Of a stretch of DNA of 64,000 nucleotides, positions 1 through 10,246 are shown in pieces. A model generated the notes under the pieces. The model did no database searches, was not told the origin of the DNA, and was given only the letters and a program-made list of their open reading frames with translations. The translations under genes and the position numbers were made by a program. The first letter of the stretch is position 1; each line of letters begins with the position of its first letter. Source of the DNA: Candidatus Oxydemutator sp. GTDB taxonomy: Bacteria; Pseudomonadota; Gammaproteobacteria; Poriferisulfidales; Oxydemutatoraceae. The DNA lies in assembly GCA_965203445.1 (NCBI GenBank), contig OZ241883.1, positions 1-64,000 on the forward strand. Reading direction: 5' to 3'.

Positions 1-280
<280 letters not shown>

Positions 281-452
281 TCATTATAAACTCCCTTGTC
301 CTTGTGGACGTGGAGTCGGAAAGAGAGCGGTTATGGCGCGCGTCTCGCCGCGCCAGCCGGTTTGTCGAACGACTGGCGGCGGGCGCGCCGACGGATGAGC
401 TGACAGAGGGCGGCGACGGGCAACCGGCACGCCGCCCCGTCCATACAAACGT

Positions 453-2921
453 TCACGCCGACAGCGCGCGCAGCGGCGAGGTTTTCAGCGCGCGGCGCGC
501 GGCGGCCAGACCGAGGGCGGTGATGCCGACGGTGCCCGACAGCACGCCGACCAGCCACAGCCACGGATACGGGCGGTAGTCGAGGTGGAACATTTGCGTT
601 TGCAGGATCGCGCCTACGGCCTCGGCGCCGAGCGCGGCGACGACGCCGGCCAGCAGGCCGAGCAACGCGAACTCGACCGCCAGCGCCCCCTGCAACAGCC
701 TGGAGCCGGCACCCAACGCGCGCAGCAGCGCGGTCTGGCGGCGGCGCGCGTCCATCGAATAGCGCACGCCGGCTAGCAACACCAGCACGCCGGCGGCGGC
801 GACCAGAGCGAGCATCATCTCCACGGCCGCGCCGGCGCGGCCGATGATGGATCGCGCACGCGCGATGAACTGCTCCACGGCCAACACCGACACGGTCGGA
901 AAATCGGCGAGCACGCGATAGAGAGCGGCGACGCGCGCCGGCGGCACGCGCAACGAGGTCATGTACACGTGCGGCGTATCGCGCATCGTCTCGGGCGAAA
1001 ACACGAACACGAAGCCCGGCGCGACGCGCCCCCAGCGAACCTTGCGCAGCGAGCGCACCGGCGCGCTCAGTTCGCGCTCGCCCAGCGCGAAGCGCAGCAC
1101 GTCGCCGATGCGCACGTCGTGCGCGTCGGCGAAGCCGGCGGCCACCGAGACGCCGTGCTCGCCCGGCGCGAACCAGCGCCCGGCGGTCAGTTCGTCCGCC
1201 GCCGGCACAGCACGCGACCACGACAGCATGAAGGTGCGACGCGCGGGTTCCACGGGCGACCGTTCCCCGGGCGCCTTCGGGCCGGGTGCGCGTCCCAGGA
1301 AGCGCGCGCGCGTCATCGGGTGCAGCGCGGCGCGCGCAAGCCGCTCGCCGTCGAGCCGCCGCGTCAGCGCGGCGCGCTCGTCCGCACCGACGTTGACCAG
1401 AAAATGCGTGTGCGCGTCGGCCGGCAATTGCACGCGCCACTGCTCGAGCAGACCGCCGCGCAGCAGCGCCAGCAACAGCACCAGCATGATCGCAAGGCCG
1501 AACACCAGGACGTGCGCGCTGTTCAGCAGGCGGTCGCGGCGCAGACTGGCGAGCGCCAAGCGCACGCGCCCGCCGGCGCCGGCGCCGAGCGTGCCGCCGC
1601 GACCGAGCGACCACCACGCAAGCGCCATCAGGGCCGCGGCCACGGCGCCGCCGACGCCGACCAGCGCGCCCGCCAGCAGCGCGTCGCCGGAATACCACCA
1701 CAACAGCGCACTGGCACAGCCCGCGCCCAGCACCGGTTCGGGCCACGCGCGCGCACCGACGCCGTCGTCGCGCCGCAATACCCGCGACGGCGACACCCTC
1801 GCAAGCCGCCACAGCGGCGGCCACGCGAACGCGAACAACGCGGCGAACGCGGTCAACGCACCGACGACGAACGGGCGCGGGCCGGGAGCCGGCAGCGCCG
1901 CCGGAAAGAAGTCGGAGAACGCGCGCACCGCCCACTCCTGCACCCCGTAGCCGAGCGCCCAGCCGCACGCGACGCCGGCGACGCCCAGGGCCGAAAAGCC
2001 GCCCAAGTACACCCGCCGCACCTGCGCGGCGCTGGCACCCAGGCTCTTCAGGAGCGCGACCTGGTCGTAGTGGGTCGCGGCGTAATGGCGTGCCGCGACC
2101 GCAATCGCAAGCCCCGCCAGCAGCACCGCGAGCGAGCCGGCGAGCAGCAGAAAACTCTCGGCGCGCGCAACCACCTCGCCCAGGCGCGAGTCCCCGGAGC
2201 CGACCTCCTCGAGCCGCTGTCCCGCGAGCAGACGCGGCACCACCCATGCGCGCCACCGCGCGCGCGCGTCGCGCGCACCGGCGAACAGTACGTACCAGCG
2301 GTGGCGCGAACCGGGCTTGACGACGCCGGTCGCTTCGACGTCGGCCAAACGCATCAGCGCGCGCGGCGAAAAACCCTCGAAGCCGACGCTAGGGTCCGGC
2401 TCGGACGCCAGCACCGCGCCGACGCGAAACGCCGCCTCGCCGATCTCGACGGTATCGCCGACGTCCACGCCCAAACCCTGAAACAGGCGCGAATCGAGCC
2501 ATACCTCGCCGCGCGCCGGCAGCGCGTCGGTGGGCGTACCATCGCCGAACGGGCGCGCGCCGACGCCGAGACTGCCGCGCAGCGGATAGCCGTCTTCGAC
2601 GGCCTTGACCGACGCCAGTTTCAGCTCGCCGCCGGCGAACAACATCGAGGAAAAGCGTAGCGTGCGGCTGACCGCAAGCCCGAAGCGCCGCGCCTGCCCA
2701 AGCCACTCGTCGGGAATTTCGTCGGAACTGCGCAGGCGCGCGTCGGCGCCCAGCCATTCCGACGATTCGCCGTAAAGCGCGTCGCCGAAGCGCTGCGCGC
2801 CTATGCTGATGCCGGTCGCGGTCGCGGTCGCGACCGCGACCGACAGCCACAACACCAGCAGACGCCCACCGCGCAAATCGCGCCAAAACAGACGCGGGCC
2901 TAAGAACGCGCCGCCGGTCAC
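453..2921 (-). CDS. ybbP: ABC transporter permease, YbbP/FtsX-like
   Basis: Long multi-TM ORF (LGAD, YPLRG, HFLVNV motifs). GTG at 2921 overlaps the stop of the upstream ATPase (GTGA). Confidence 0.8.
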   Translation of the reverse strand: MTGGAFLGPRLFWRDLRGGRLLVLWLSVAVATATATGISIGAQRFGDALYGESSEWLGADARLRSSDEIPDEWLGQARRFGLAVSRTLRFSSMLFAGGELKLASVKAVEDGYPLRGSLGVGARPFGDGTPTDALPARGEVWLDSRLFQGLGVDVGDTVEIGEAAFRVGAVLASEPDPSVGFEGFSPRALMRLADVEATGVVKPGSRHRWYVLFAGARDARARWRAWVVPRLLAGQRLEEVGSGDSRLGEVVARAESFLLLAGSLAVLLAGLAIAVAARHYAATHYDQVALLKSLGASAAQVRRVYLGGFSALGVAGVACGWALGYGVQEWAVRAFSDFFPAALPAPGPRPFVVGALTAFAALFAFAWPPLWRLARVSPSRVLRRDDGVGARAWPEPVLGAGCASALLWWYSGDALLAGALVGVGGAVAAALMALAWWSLGRGGTLGAGAGGRVRLALASLRRDRLLNSAHVLVFGLAIMLVLLLALLRGGLLEQWRVQLPADAHTHFLVNVGADERAALTRRLDGERLARAALHPMTRARFLGRAPGPKAPGERSPVEPARRTFMLSWSRAVPAADELTAGRWFAPGEHGVSVAAGFADAHDVRIGDVLRFALGERELSAPVRSLRKVRWGRVAPGFVFVFSPETMRDTPHVYMTSLRVPPARVAALYRVLADFPTVSVLAVEQFIARARSIIGRAGAAVEMMLALVAAAGVLVLLAGVRYSMDARRRQTALLRALGAGSRLLQGALAVEFALLGLLAGVVAALGAEAVGAILQTQMFHLDYRPYPWLWLVGVLSGTVGITALGLAAARRALKTSPLRALSA

Positions 2922-3589
2922 GACGACAATCTGCCGGAGGCGAGCGTGACCACGCGGGCGCACGCCGCCGCCAGTTCGCGGTCGTGCGTGACCAGCACCA
3001 GCGTCGCGCCCTCGTCGCGGTTCAGCTGAAACAGCAACTCGGCGACGCGCGCGCCGCTGGCGTGGTCGAGGTTGCCGGTGGGTTCGTCGGCGAACAACAC
3101 ACGCGGGCGCGACGCGAACGCCCTGGCGATCGCGACGCGCTGTTGCTCGCCGCCGGACAGCTGGCGCGGATAGTGTTTCAGGCGGCGACCCAGCCCGACC
3201 TTGCCGAGGTAGTCGGCGGCGCGCGTACGCGGCGCTTCGGCGCCGGCCAGCTCGAGCGGCAGCATCACGTTCTCCAGGGCGTTCAGGCCGGGCAGCAACT
3301 GAAAGGTCTGAAACACGAAACCGACGTAACGGGCGCGCAGCGCGGCGCGCTCCTCCTCGCCGAGCGCGTGCAACGGCTCGCCCGCGAGGAACACTTCGCC
3401 GGCGCTGGGGACGTCGAGACCGGCCAGCAGACCGAGCAGCGTGGACTTGCCGGAACCGGACACGCCGCGCACCGCGACGCTGTCGCCGGGCGCAACGCGC
3501 AGCGACACGCGCTCGAGAATTTGCAGCCGCCCCTCCGCGGTGGCGACGTTTTTGCTTACACTATGGCATTCGAGTATCGGATTTTCCAT
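2918..3589 (-). CDS. ybbA: ABC transporter ATP-binding protein, YbbA-like
   Basis: Walker [27 protein letters not shown]; adjacent to ybbP and divergent from tesA. Confidence 0.85.
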   Translation of the reverse strand: MENPILECHSVSKNVATAEGRLQILERVSLRVAPGDSVAVRGVSGSGKSTLLGLLAGLDVPSAGEVFLAGEPLHALGEEERAALRARYVGFVFQTFQLLPGLNALENVMLPLELAGAEAPRTRAADYLGKVGLGRRLKHYPRQLSGGEQQRVAIARAFASRPRVLFADEPTGNLDHASGARVAELLFQLNRDEGATLVLVTHDRELAAACARVVTLASGRLSS

Positions 3590-3610
3590 GCGTTTGCCGT
3601 TGTTTCCGTT
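3547..3610 (+). repeat. Imperfect direct repeat, copy 1 (ybbA/tesA start region)
   Basis: cgtttttgcttacactatggcattcgag...catgcgtttgccgttg...tttccgtt recurs at 5238-5313. Confidence 0.85.
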
Positions 3611-3687
3611 ATGATCAAAAAAACAGCGCCCACGCGACCGACGGGAGCCGTGAAAACACTGGTGTGAGCGCGCCCCCGTCAGATTCG

Positions 3688-4980
3688 TCAGAGTAGAGCG
3701 AGCGTCTCGGGCGCCTCCCGGCGGGCGTCAAAACGTTTTGGTTCGTATTTTCCGTCCGCTTTCCACGTCGCGCGAACACAATACTCGAAAAGTTCCTTCT
3801 TGCTGTTACGCTTTCTGATCACCGTGCTCGAAGCGTTGGCGAAACCGAGCATACGCAGAGACTCCATCAACAGCTCATCCGTGCGCACCTGCACGCCATA
3901 GAAACTGGAGTTGCCGACGATATAGGAAAGCACGGCGCCTTTCTTCAGGCTTTTTTGCAGACACCGCAGATGCGAGTGCACGTCGTGAAAATATTTGCGG
4001 ACGTAATTTGCCATCAACGAGGAATTCTTTTGCTTCGTATTCAGAATTCGGGAAACAACCCGCCCCAATGACGCCGGGAGAGCAGGATCATCGGGCACCC
4101 AACCATGCAGCCTGCTGGTGGCGACGCCCCAGGTGCCCCCGATCGCCCGCCAATCCATTTCGCCGGCTTCACGCGCCGTATCGAGAAACTTCGTCCAATA
4201 CATGTAAGGACGAAGTTCGCGGATATAACTCACGCGATTGGGGTACGGTGGGGACGTAACTACGTGGGAGTACCTGGCGTCGCCGACACGCGCGGGTTCC
4301 CTCGCATCGGCGAAATGGATGGACACCGTCCGCCTGAGTTGCACGCCGGCGCCGCGCGCTATCGCGGCGGCTATTTTCGCGTAGAGAGACTCGATCTGCC
4401 CCGCGTCGAACGTCGTCGCCTCAGCCCGGAAAGACATCGAAACGTGATTGAACGCGGCCGCGGACGTTTCAATAATCAAACGACAGAATGCAATCCACGC
4501 CAGGTCCGAAGCGCCGGCGCCCGTAGCAGGTTCCCCGAATCGTTCGACGAGCGCCCGTCGCAACGCGGCAAGATTCGACAGCGTCCGCGGGCGCCACCAT
4601 CTCGTAATATCGTGTATGTTCGGAACCCAATGGTCTTGGCCGACGAGCGTTTTGCACGCGGCCAGGGCCTCGTCTATCGCCGACTGTAACCGCGCCAGCT
4701 CGGTCTTCGAGTAATTCCGGCATTTGGCATTTCCGAACCACACAAGAAACGGGTTGACGTCGAAGCCGTGTGCGGACAAGCCGCGTTCGGCGGCCACCAA
4801 ACCCGTGGTCGCGGTACCCGAGAAAGGGTCGAGAATGAAGGAGTCTTCGGGGACGTCGTCCATAATTTTCTCGACCAACTTGACCGAATACGCGGGCGTA
4901 AGACGCAGCCACCCATGTCGGCCCAGCCGCCCGTTGTATCGGAAAGTGTAGTCCGCGCGTCGTGTCACTTTCTCGTTCAT
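3688..4980 (-). CDS. Site-specific DNA amino-methyltransferase (N4C-type SPPY motif)
   Basis: ILDPFSGTATTG (SAM-binding) and VVTSPPY (catalytic). Likely true start is ATG 4980 (MNEKVTRR), which overlaps an upstream stop (ATGA). Confidence 0.85.
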   Translation of the reverse strand: MNEKVTRRADYTFRYNGRLGRHGWLRLTPAYSVKLVEKIMDDVPEDSFILDPFSGTATTGLVAAERGLSAHGFDVNPFLVWFGNAKCRNYSKTELARLQSAIDEALAACKTLVGQDHWVPNIHDITRWWRPRTLSNLAALRRALVERFGEPATGAGASDLAWIAFCRLIIETSAAAFNHVSMSFRAEATTFDAGQIESLYAKIAAAIARGAGVQLRRTVSIHFADAREPARVGDARYSHVVTSPPYPNRVSYIRELRPYMYWTKFLDTAREAGEMDWRAIGGTWGVATSRLHGWVPDDPALPASLGRVVSRILNTKQKNSSLMANYVRKYFHDVHSHLRCLQKSLKKGAVLSYIVGNSSFYGVQVRTDELLMESLRMLGFANASSTVIRKRNSKKELFEYCVRATWKADGKYEPKRFDARREAPETLALL

Positions 4981-5208
4981 GATTCGACGCGCAACAACGC
5001 CTCCAGCACGCCGTGGACTTCCTTGCCGATAAAGGTCGGTATCAAGACCCATCCACGAATAAAAGGGATCCGATTGATACAGGGCCTTGAACTCCGAAGG
5101 CGACAGCCCCTCGGGGGCGTTGCCCTGCCCAAATCTGGGCCTGTAGCCCTTACACTTTCTGATGGGTTCCAGGAACGTCTCCAAATACGATTTTTCTTGA
5201 TCATGCAT
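4977..5208 (-). pseudogene. Collapsed remnant of MTase partner gene (probable restriction endonuclease)
   Basis: N-terminal MHDQEKSYLETFLEPIRKCKGYRPRFGQG...DPFYSWMGLD lies in one frame. A C-terminal-like KEVHGVLEALLRVES* lies in another frame and ends in an ATGA overlap with the MTase. Confidence 0.55.
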
Positions 5209-5237
5209 ACGCAAGCCCGACTTTGAACTATTCTAAG

Positions 5238-5313
5238 CGTTTTTGCCTACACTATGGCATTCGAGGATAGAATTCACGTTCATGCGTTTGCCGTTGCCAT
5301 TGTTGTTTCCGTT
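5238..5313 (+). repeat. Imperfect direct repeat, copy 2
   Basis: Matches 3547-3610. Reverse strand encodes MNVNSILECHSVGKN, versus the YbbA start [14 protein letters not shown]. Confidence 0.85.
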
Positions 5314-5926
5314 TTTTCTGTGCGCCCCGGCGTCCGCCGCGGACGCCGCCACCGGCGCGCCGGTGCTGGTGGTGGGCGACAGCATCAGCGCCGCGTACGG
5401 CATCGCGCGCGAGGACGGCTGGGTCGCGTTGCTGCAACGGCGGCTTGACGAACGCCGCAAACCGGGCGTCGCAAGCCGCACCGTCGTCAACGCAAGCATC
5501 AGCGGCGACACCACAGACGGCGGCCGGCGGCGTCTGCCCAGACTGCTCGAGCGCCATTCCCCCGCGGTCGTCATCATCGAGCTAGGCGGCAACGACGGCC
5601 TGCGCGGCTTTCCGACGGCGCGTATCGAGGCCAACCTCGGCGCGATGGTCAAAACCGCGCAAGCCGCCGGCGCGCGCGTGCTGCTGGTCGGCATCCCGAT
5701 GTCGCCGAACTACGGGCGCCGCTACGTCGAGGCCTACGACGCCGCCTTCGCAAGCGCCGCCGAACGATACCGCACGCCGCTCGCCTCGGTGCGCATCGAG
5801 GACCTGCTGGAACCCGGCATGATACAACAAGACGGCATCCACCCGACCACAAAGGCGCAACCGCTGCTGCTTGAGGCGGTATGGGGCGAACTGGAAGGAT
5901 TGCTGAAAGACGTGCAATCCCGTTAG
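5282..5926 (+). CDS. tesA: Arylesterase/acyl-CoA thioesterase I (SGNH)
   Basis: Signal peptide, GDSIS, NASISG, ELGGNDGLRG, DGIHP. Confidence 0.9.
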   Translation: MRLPLPLLFPFFLCAPASAADAATGAPVLVVGDSISAAYGIAREDGWVALLQRRLDERRKPGVASRTVVNASISGDTTDGGRRRLPRLLERHSPAVVIIELGGNDGLRGFPTARIEANLGAMVKTAQAAGARVLLVGIPMSPNYGRRYVEAYDAAFASAAERYRTPLASVRIEDLLEPGMIQQDGIHPTTKAQPLLLEAVWGELEGLLKDVQSR

Positions 5927-6041
5927 AGAAAAGTCCCGTTAAGAAACAGGCGCGCCTCGACGCGCAGCGACGTACTCACGGAAATCGCGCGAAACCCGCA
6001 GCCTTGAAATATACCCGTCGTTCCCGCACACTATCGCCTCT

Positions 6042-6359
6042 ATGACGACCATGGCACAACATTTCGACACTCTCGGCGCGGCCGAGGAATTGCGAGCCGC
6101 CAGCCTGTCGGCGCCGGCGGCCAAAGCGATCAGCCTGGTCGTGGACCGCAGCCGCGAGGAAGACAAACTCGCCTCTGAAGTAGCGGCCTTACGCGCCGAA
6201 TTCAAAGAGGAAATCGCTGAAGTCAAGGCCGACATCGCGGTGATCAAAAGTCAGATGAAGGTTCTCTTTTGGGCCTTCGGCCTCATTTTCGTGGCTGTCC
6301 TTGCGAATTTTGCCGTGAGCGTGAATATTCTGCTGAGTCTTAGTGGCGCCCAGCCATAG
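6042..6359 (+). CDS. DUF1640/CCDC90-like coiled-coil membrane protein
   Basis: HFDTL head motif, heptad stalk, C-terminal TM helix; paralog at 35588. Confidence 0.65.
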   Translation: MTTMAQHFDTLGAAEELRAASLSAPAAKAISLVVDRSREEDKLASEVAALRAEFKEEIAEVKADIAVIKSQMKVLFWAFGLIFVAVLANFAVSVNILLSLSGAQP

Positions 6360-6413
6360 GCGGCAAGTCCCCCCCTTATCCATGCCCTCCTCTCCCGTCG
6401 TCTCCGCAAAAAC

Positions 6414-8777
6414 TCAGTCATCAACCTCGTTCCAATAGCGTCGCGCTTGTCGTCGGTAGGCGCTGATTCGGGGAGGCGCCGCGGGCGTGAAATACAGGCC
6501 CAGTGCGCCGGTGTCGGCGGTGTTCAAGACGCGCACGCCGCGCCGGCGGTAGCGGCGCAGCACGTCGGCCCTCGGCAAACCGAACTTGTTGCGATAGCCG
6601 GAGGTGACCACGGCCAGACGCGGCGCGACCTTGTCGAGAAAGGCCGGGGAGGACGACGTGCGGCTGCCGTGGTGCGGCACCAGCACCACCTCGCTGGCGA
6701 TGCGCGCATCGCGCGTCAGCGCGCGCTCGGCGGCGCGCTCGACGTCGGCGGTGAGCAGCAGCGAGTGCCCGCCGCCGCTGATCCTGAGCACGCACGAGGC
6801 GTCGTTGCCCGTGTACGTGCGCATTGCCGGCGGACGCAGGATCTCGAAGCGCACGCCGTCCCAGGTCCACTCGTCGTCGCGACACGCCTCGAAGTCGCGG
6901 CCCGCGACCGCCAGAGATTCGCCGCCGACCAGGCGCTTTGCGGCGACGTGGCGCAGCACGCCGGCGGCGCCGCCGGCGTGATCGTTGTCGTTGTGCGAGA
7001 CGATCAGCAGGTCGAGTTCGCCCACGCCGCGCGCGCGCAGATACGGCACGACGACCGCGGCGCCGAGATCGAACGTCGGATAGGCCGCGCCGGCGTCGTA
7101 GAGCAGCGCGTGGCGGTGGGTTGCGACAAACACCGACAGCCCTTGTCCGACGTCGAGGAACACCGCCTCGAAATCGCCGCGCGCCGGCGGCGCCGACGCC
7201 TTATTCAACAACGGCAACAGCAACACCAACGCAAGCGGCTTCAGCGAACGGCGCGGCAACGCCAACAGCAGCGCGACGCCGGCCACCGCCGTCGCCAAAG
7301 CCCACGCCGGCGGACGGTGCGACCACTCGGCGGCATCCGCCGTCGCAAGCCACGCGCCCGCGCGCCAGAACACGTCGAACAAAACGTCGGCGCCGCGCAG
7401 CAACCACGCCGCCGGCCAATCGGAGAACGCGGCGAGCAACGTGGCCGACAACGACGCCGGCAATATCAGGAAACTCACCAGAGGCACCGCGAACAGGTTC
7501 GCCAGCGGCGCTATCAACGAGGCGCGCGCGAACAAAGCCAGCGTCGGCAGGCCCATCGCCAGCGACAGGTAGACTTGCAGTTTCGGCCATCGCCCCCAGT
7601 GCGCGGCGCCGGCTTGCGCGGACAAAAACAGCACGATGAAGGCGACCGCCGCGAACGACAGCCAGAACGACACCGACAACGGGCTGAACGGATCCCACAG
7701 CAGCACCGCCAGCAGCGACGCCGACAGCGACTGCGCCAGCGACGGGCGCCGCCTTTGCAGGCTGCCGAACACAAAGCACGACAGCATCACCAACGCGCGC
7801 TGCGTCGGCAGCGAGAAGCCGGCGAGCAGCGCGTAGCCGAAGGCGAACGGCAATGCCGCGAGCGCCGCCGCGTGGTGCGCCGGCAAGCGCGCGCACGGCG
7901 GCGGCAGGCGCCTCAGCAGCGCGCGCGCCAGCCAGAAGAACAGACCGAAGACCAGGCCTATGTGCAAACCCGAGACCGCGAACAAATGGCGCGTGCCGGT
8001 GGCGTTCAGAATCTCGCCGCGCTCGGGCGCCAGCGAACCGCCCAACCCCAGCGACAACGCGGCGACCGAATCCACGTGCGCGATCTCGGCGCGGTGCGCG
8101 CGCAGCCTCTCGAGCAGCGCCTGACGCCAGACCAACGGCCGCCACCACGAATCGCCGCCGGAAGGTTCGCCAAGCTTTTGATAGCCGCGCGCGTAGCCGG
8201 TGGCGCCGATGCCGCGCATGAACAGCCACCGCTCGTAATCGAAGACGCCGGGATTGGCGTAGCCGTGCGGACGCCTCAAGCGCGCGCGCAAAAGCAGGCG
8301 GTCGCCGGCGCGTACCTCGGCGCGTCGGGCGGTGCGCGCGTCGGCGTAGCGGGCGGCGCGCCGGTCGTACAGATTGATGCGCGCCCTGCGCGACGGAAAC
8401 AGCGCGGCGGAAGCGGCGGGCGCATCCGCCGGCTTCTCTGCGTCGGCGAGCACGCCGTGCTCGACGGCGAACTCGAAGGCCGTATAACGCCCGCGCACGG
8501 CCGGCAGCGACGCGACGCGCCCGGTCAACTCCCACGTCCGCCCATCCAGCACGGATGGCAACAGCGCGTCGAGACGCGCGCTCGCGGCCACCAGCGCGTA
8601 CACGAAACCGGCGGCGAAAGCGCCCGCGATCAAACGCCACGGACGGCGCGACGCCAACCCCAGGAACAACGGCGCCGCCGCCCAGGCCCACCCCGGCGCC
8701 GGCAGCCGGGGCAGGCCGTGCAGCGTCAGATTCCCGGCGAGAAACGCCAGCGCGACAAAATGAATCGCGGCGATCAT
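6414..8777 (-). CDS. comEC: DNA internalization competence protein ComEC/Rec2
   Basis: HLFAVSGLH, DVGQG, SHNDNDHAGG, PHHGS, YRNKFGLP. Confidence 0.92.
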   Translation of the reverse strand: MIAAIHFVALAFLAGNLTLHGLPRLPAPGWAWAAAPLFLGLASRRPWRLIAGAFAAGFVYALVAASARLDALLPSVLDGRTWELTGRVASLPAVRGRYTAFEFAVEHGVLADAEKPADAPAASAALFPSRRARINLYDRRAARYADARTARRAEVRAGDRLLLRARLRRPHGYANPGVFDYERWLFMRGIGATGYARGYQKLGEPSGGDSWWRPLVWRQALLERLRAHRAEIAHVDSVAALSLGLGGSLAPERGEILNATGTRHLFAVSGLHIGLVFGLFFWLARALLRRLPPPCARLPAHHAAALAALPFAFGYALLAGFSLPTQRALVMLSCFVFGSLQRRRPSLAQSLSASLLAVLLWDPFSPLSVSFWLSFAAVAFIVLFLSAQAGAAHWGRWPKLQVYLSLAMGLPTLALFARASLIAPLANLFAVPLVSFLILPASLSATLLAAFSDWPAAWLLRGADVLFDVFWRAGAWLATADAAEWSHRPPAWALATAVAGVALLLALPRRSLKPLALVLLLPLLNKASAPPARGDFEAVFLDVGQGLSVFVATHRHALLYDAGAAYPTFDLGAAVVVPYLRARGVGELDLLIVSHNDNDHAGGAAGVLRHVAAKRLVGGESLAVAGRDFEACRDDEWTWDGVRFEILRPPAMRTYTGNDASCVLRISGGGHSLLLTADVERAAERALTRDARIASEVVLVPHHGSRTSSSPAFLDKVAPRLAVVTSGYRNKFGLPRADVLRRYRRRGVRVLNTADTGALGLYFTPAAPPRISAYRRQARRYWNEVDD

Positions 8778-8916
8778 CGCCGCAGGATGACCGCGCTCGC
8801 GCCGCCGCGACCACGCAATCCGACGAACGGTAGCGCGTGCGCGGCTGGATGTTTGCCTGCGGTTTCATTACAATCGGCGACCCCGCCGACGAAACGCACC
8901 AAGACGTGCCCGGGAA

Positions 8917-9426
8917 ATGCCTAAGAAATGGATTCAACAAGTGTTGCTGCGACGCGGCGCGCGCGCCCATCCGCGCCTGAGCGTCTTCGGCGGCCTGCTC
9001 GACAAGGAAAACCTGTGGCACATCAACCGGCGCTCGGTCGCCACCGCGTGTGCGACGGGCAGTTTCTGCGCCTTCATCCCGGTGCCCTTCCAAATGCTGA
9101 TCGCGGCGTTCGCGGCCATCGTGCTGCGCGGCAACGTCGCGATAGCGGCGCTGCTGGTGTGGATCACGAACCCGCTGACGATGGGGCCGATCTTCTATAC
9201 GTGCTACCAGCTCGGGCAGACGATATTAGGCACGTCCTTCGTGTCGTTTGAATATGAGATGAGCCTGGCGTGGCTCGCCGACGGACTGCGCCAGGTATGG
9301 CAGCCGTTGCTGTTGGGCTGCCTGATAGCCGGCAGCGTCAGCGCAATCGCCAGCTACACGCTGGTGCGCCTGCTCTGGCGCCTGCAAATTATTTCGCAGA
9401 GACAAAAAAGGCGCGACGGCGCGTAA
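8917..9426 (+). CDS. DUF2062 family membrane protein
   Basis: LWHINRRSVA, FIPVPFQM, WITNPLTM; usual position between comEC and lolD. Confidence 0.8.
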   Translation: MPKKWIQQVLLRRGARAHPRLSVFGGLLDKENLWHINRRSVATACATGSFCAFIPVPFQMLIAAFAAIVLRGNVAIAALLVWITNPLTMGPIFYTCYQLGQTILGTSFVSFEYEMSLAWLADGLRQVWQPLLLGCLIAGSVSAIASYTLVRLLWRLQIISQRQKRRDGA

Positions 9427-9544
9427 CCGACGACGCATCTTCGGCGGGCGTCTCCCCCTTCACTGATCCGCCGACAAAATCATTCGTCCGTTTCCGGGTT
9501 TTCTCGTCCGCTACCCGGTGCGGCCCGCGTTCATTATCGAAGGG

Positions 9545-10246
9545 CTACAAGACGCCGGATTGGGACACCGCGGTCAGGCGCCCGTCTTCCAAACGATAAA
9601 CGCGCGCAAGGCGCGCCGCCAGGTGCTCGTCGTGGGTGGCCAACACCAGCGTGCTGCCGCCGTCGCGGTTGAGCTCGAGCATCTCGCCGGCGACTTGCGC
9701 CGCGGTGGCGCGGTCGAGCTGACCGGTCGGTTCGTCGGCCAGCACCACGGCCGGGCGGGTGATCAACGCGCGACACACCGCGGCGCGCTGGCGTTCGCCA
9801 CCGGACAACTGGTGCGGCTTGTGGTCGGCGCGGCGGCGCAGGCCGACCTTGTCGAGCAACGCCAAGCCGCGCGCGCGCGCGGCGCGGCTCCGGTCGCCGC
9901 GGATCAGCAGCGGCATCAGCACGTTTTCGAGAACGGTGAAGTCGTGCAGCAGATGGTGGAATTGATAGACGAAGCCGAGGTCGCGGTTGCGCAGACGGTC
10001 TTGCGCGGCGCGCGGCATCGCCGCAAGCGGTTCGCCGCCGACGAACACGGCGCCGGCGTCCGCGGCGTCGAGGCCGCCCAGCAAGTGCAGCAGCGTGCTT
10101 TTGCCCGAACCGGACACGCCGACGACGGCGACGCTCTCGCCCGCCTCCGCCCGCAGGTCGAGACCCTTCAGCACCTCGACGCACAACGCGCCGGCGCCGT
10201 AGCTCTTGCGCAGCGCGCGGCACTCGACGGCGGGCCGCGCGCTCAC
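9545..10246 (-). CDS. lolD: Lipoprotein-releasing ABC ATPase
   Basis: [36 protein letters not shown]; GTG start overlaps the permease stop. Confidence 0.9.
   Translation of the reverse strand: MSARPAVECRALRKSYGAGALCVEVLKGLDLRAEAGESVAVVGVSGSGKSTLLHLLGGLDAADAGAVFVGGEPLAAMPRAAQDRLRNRDLGFVYQFHHLLHDFTVLENVLMPLLIRGDRSRAARARGLALLDKVGLRRRADHKPHQLSGGERQRAAVCRALITRPAVVLADEPTGQLDRATAAQVAGEMLELNRDGGSTLVLATHDEHLAARLARVYRLEDGRLTAVSQSGVL

Noticed and set aside
3688-5214. Single 508-aa MTase as given in the ORF track
   Set aside because: The ATGA overlap at 4977-4980 and the stub structure favour a start at 4980; a fused product is not excluded.
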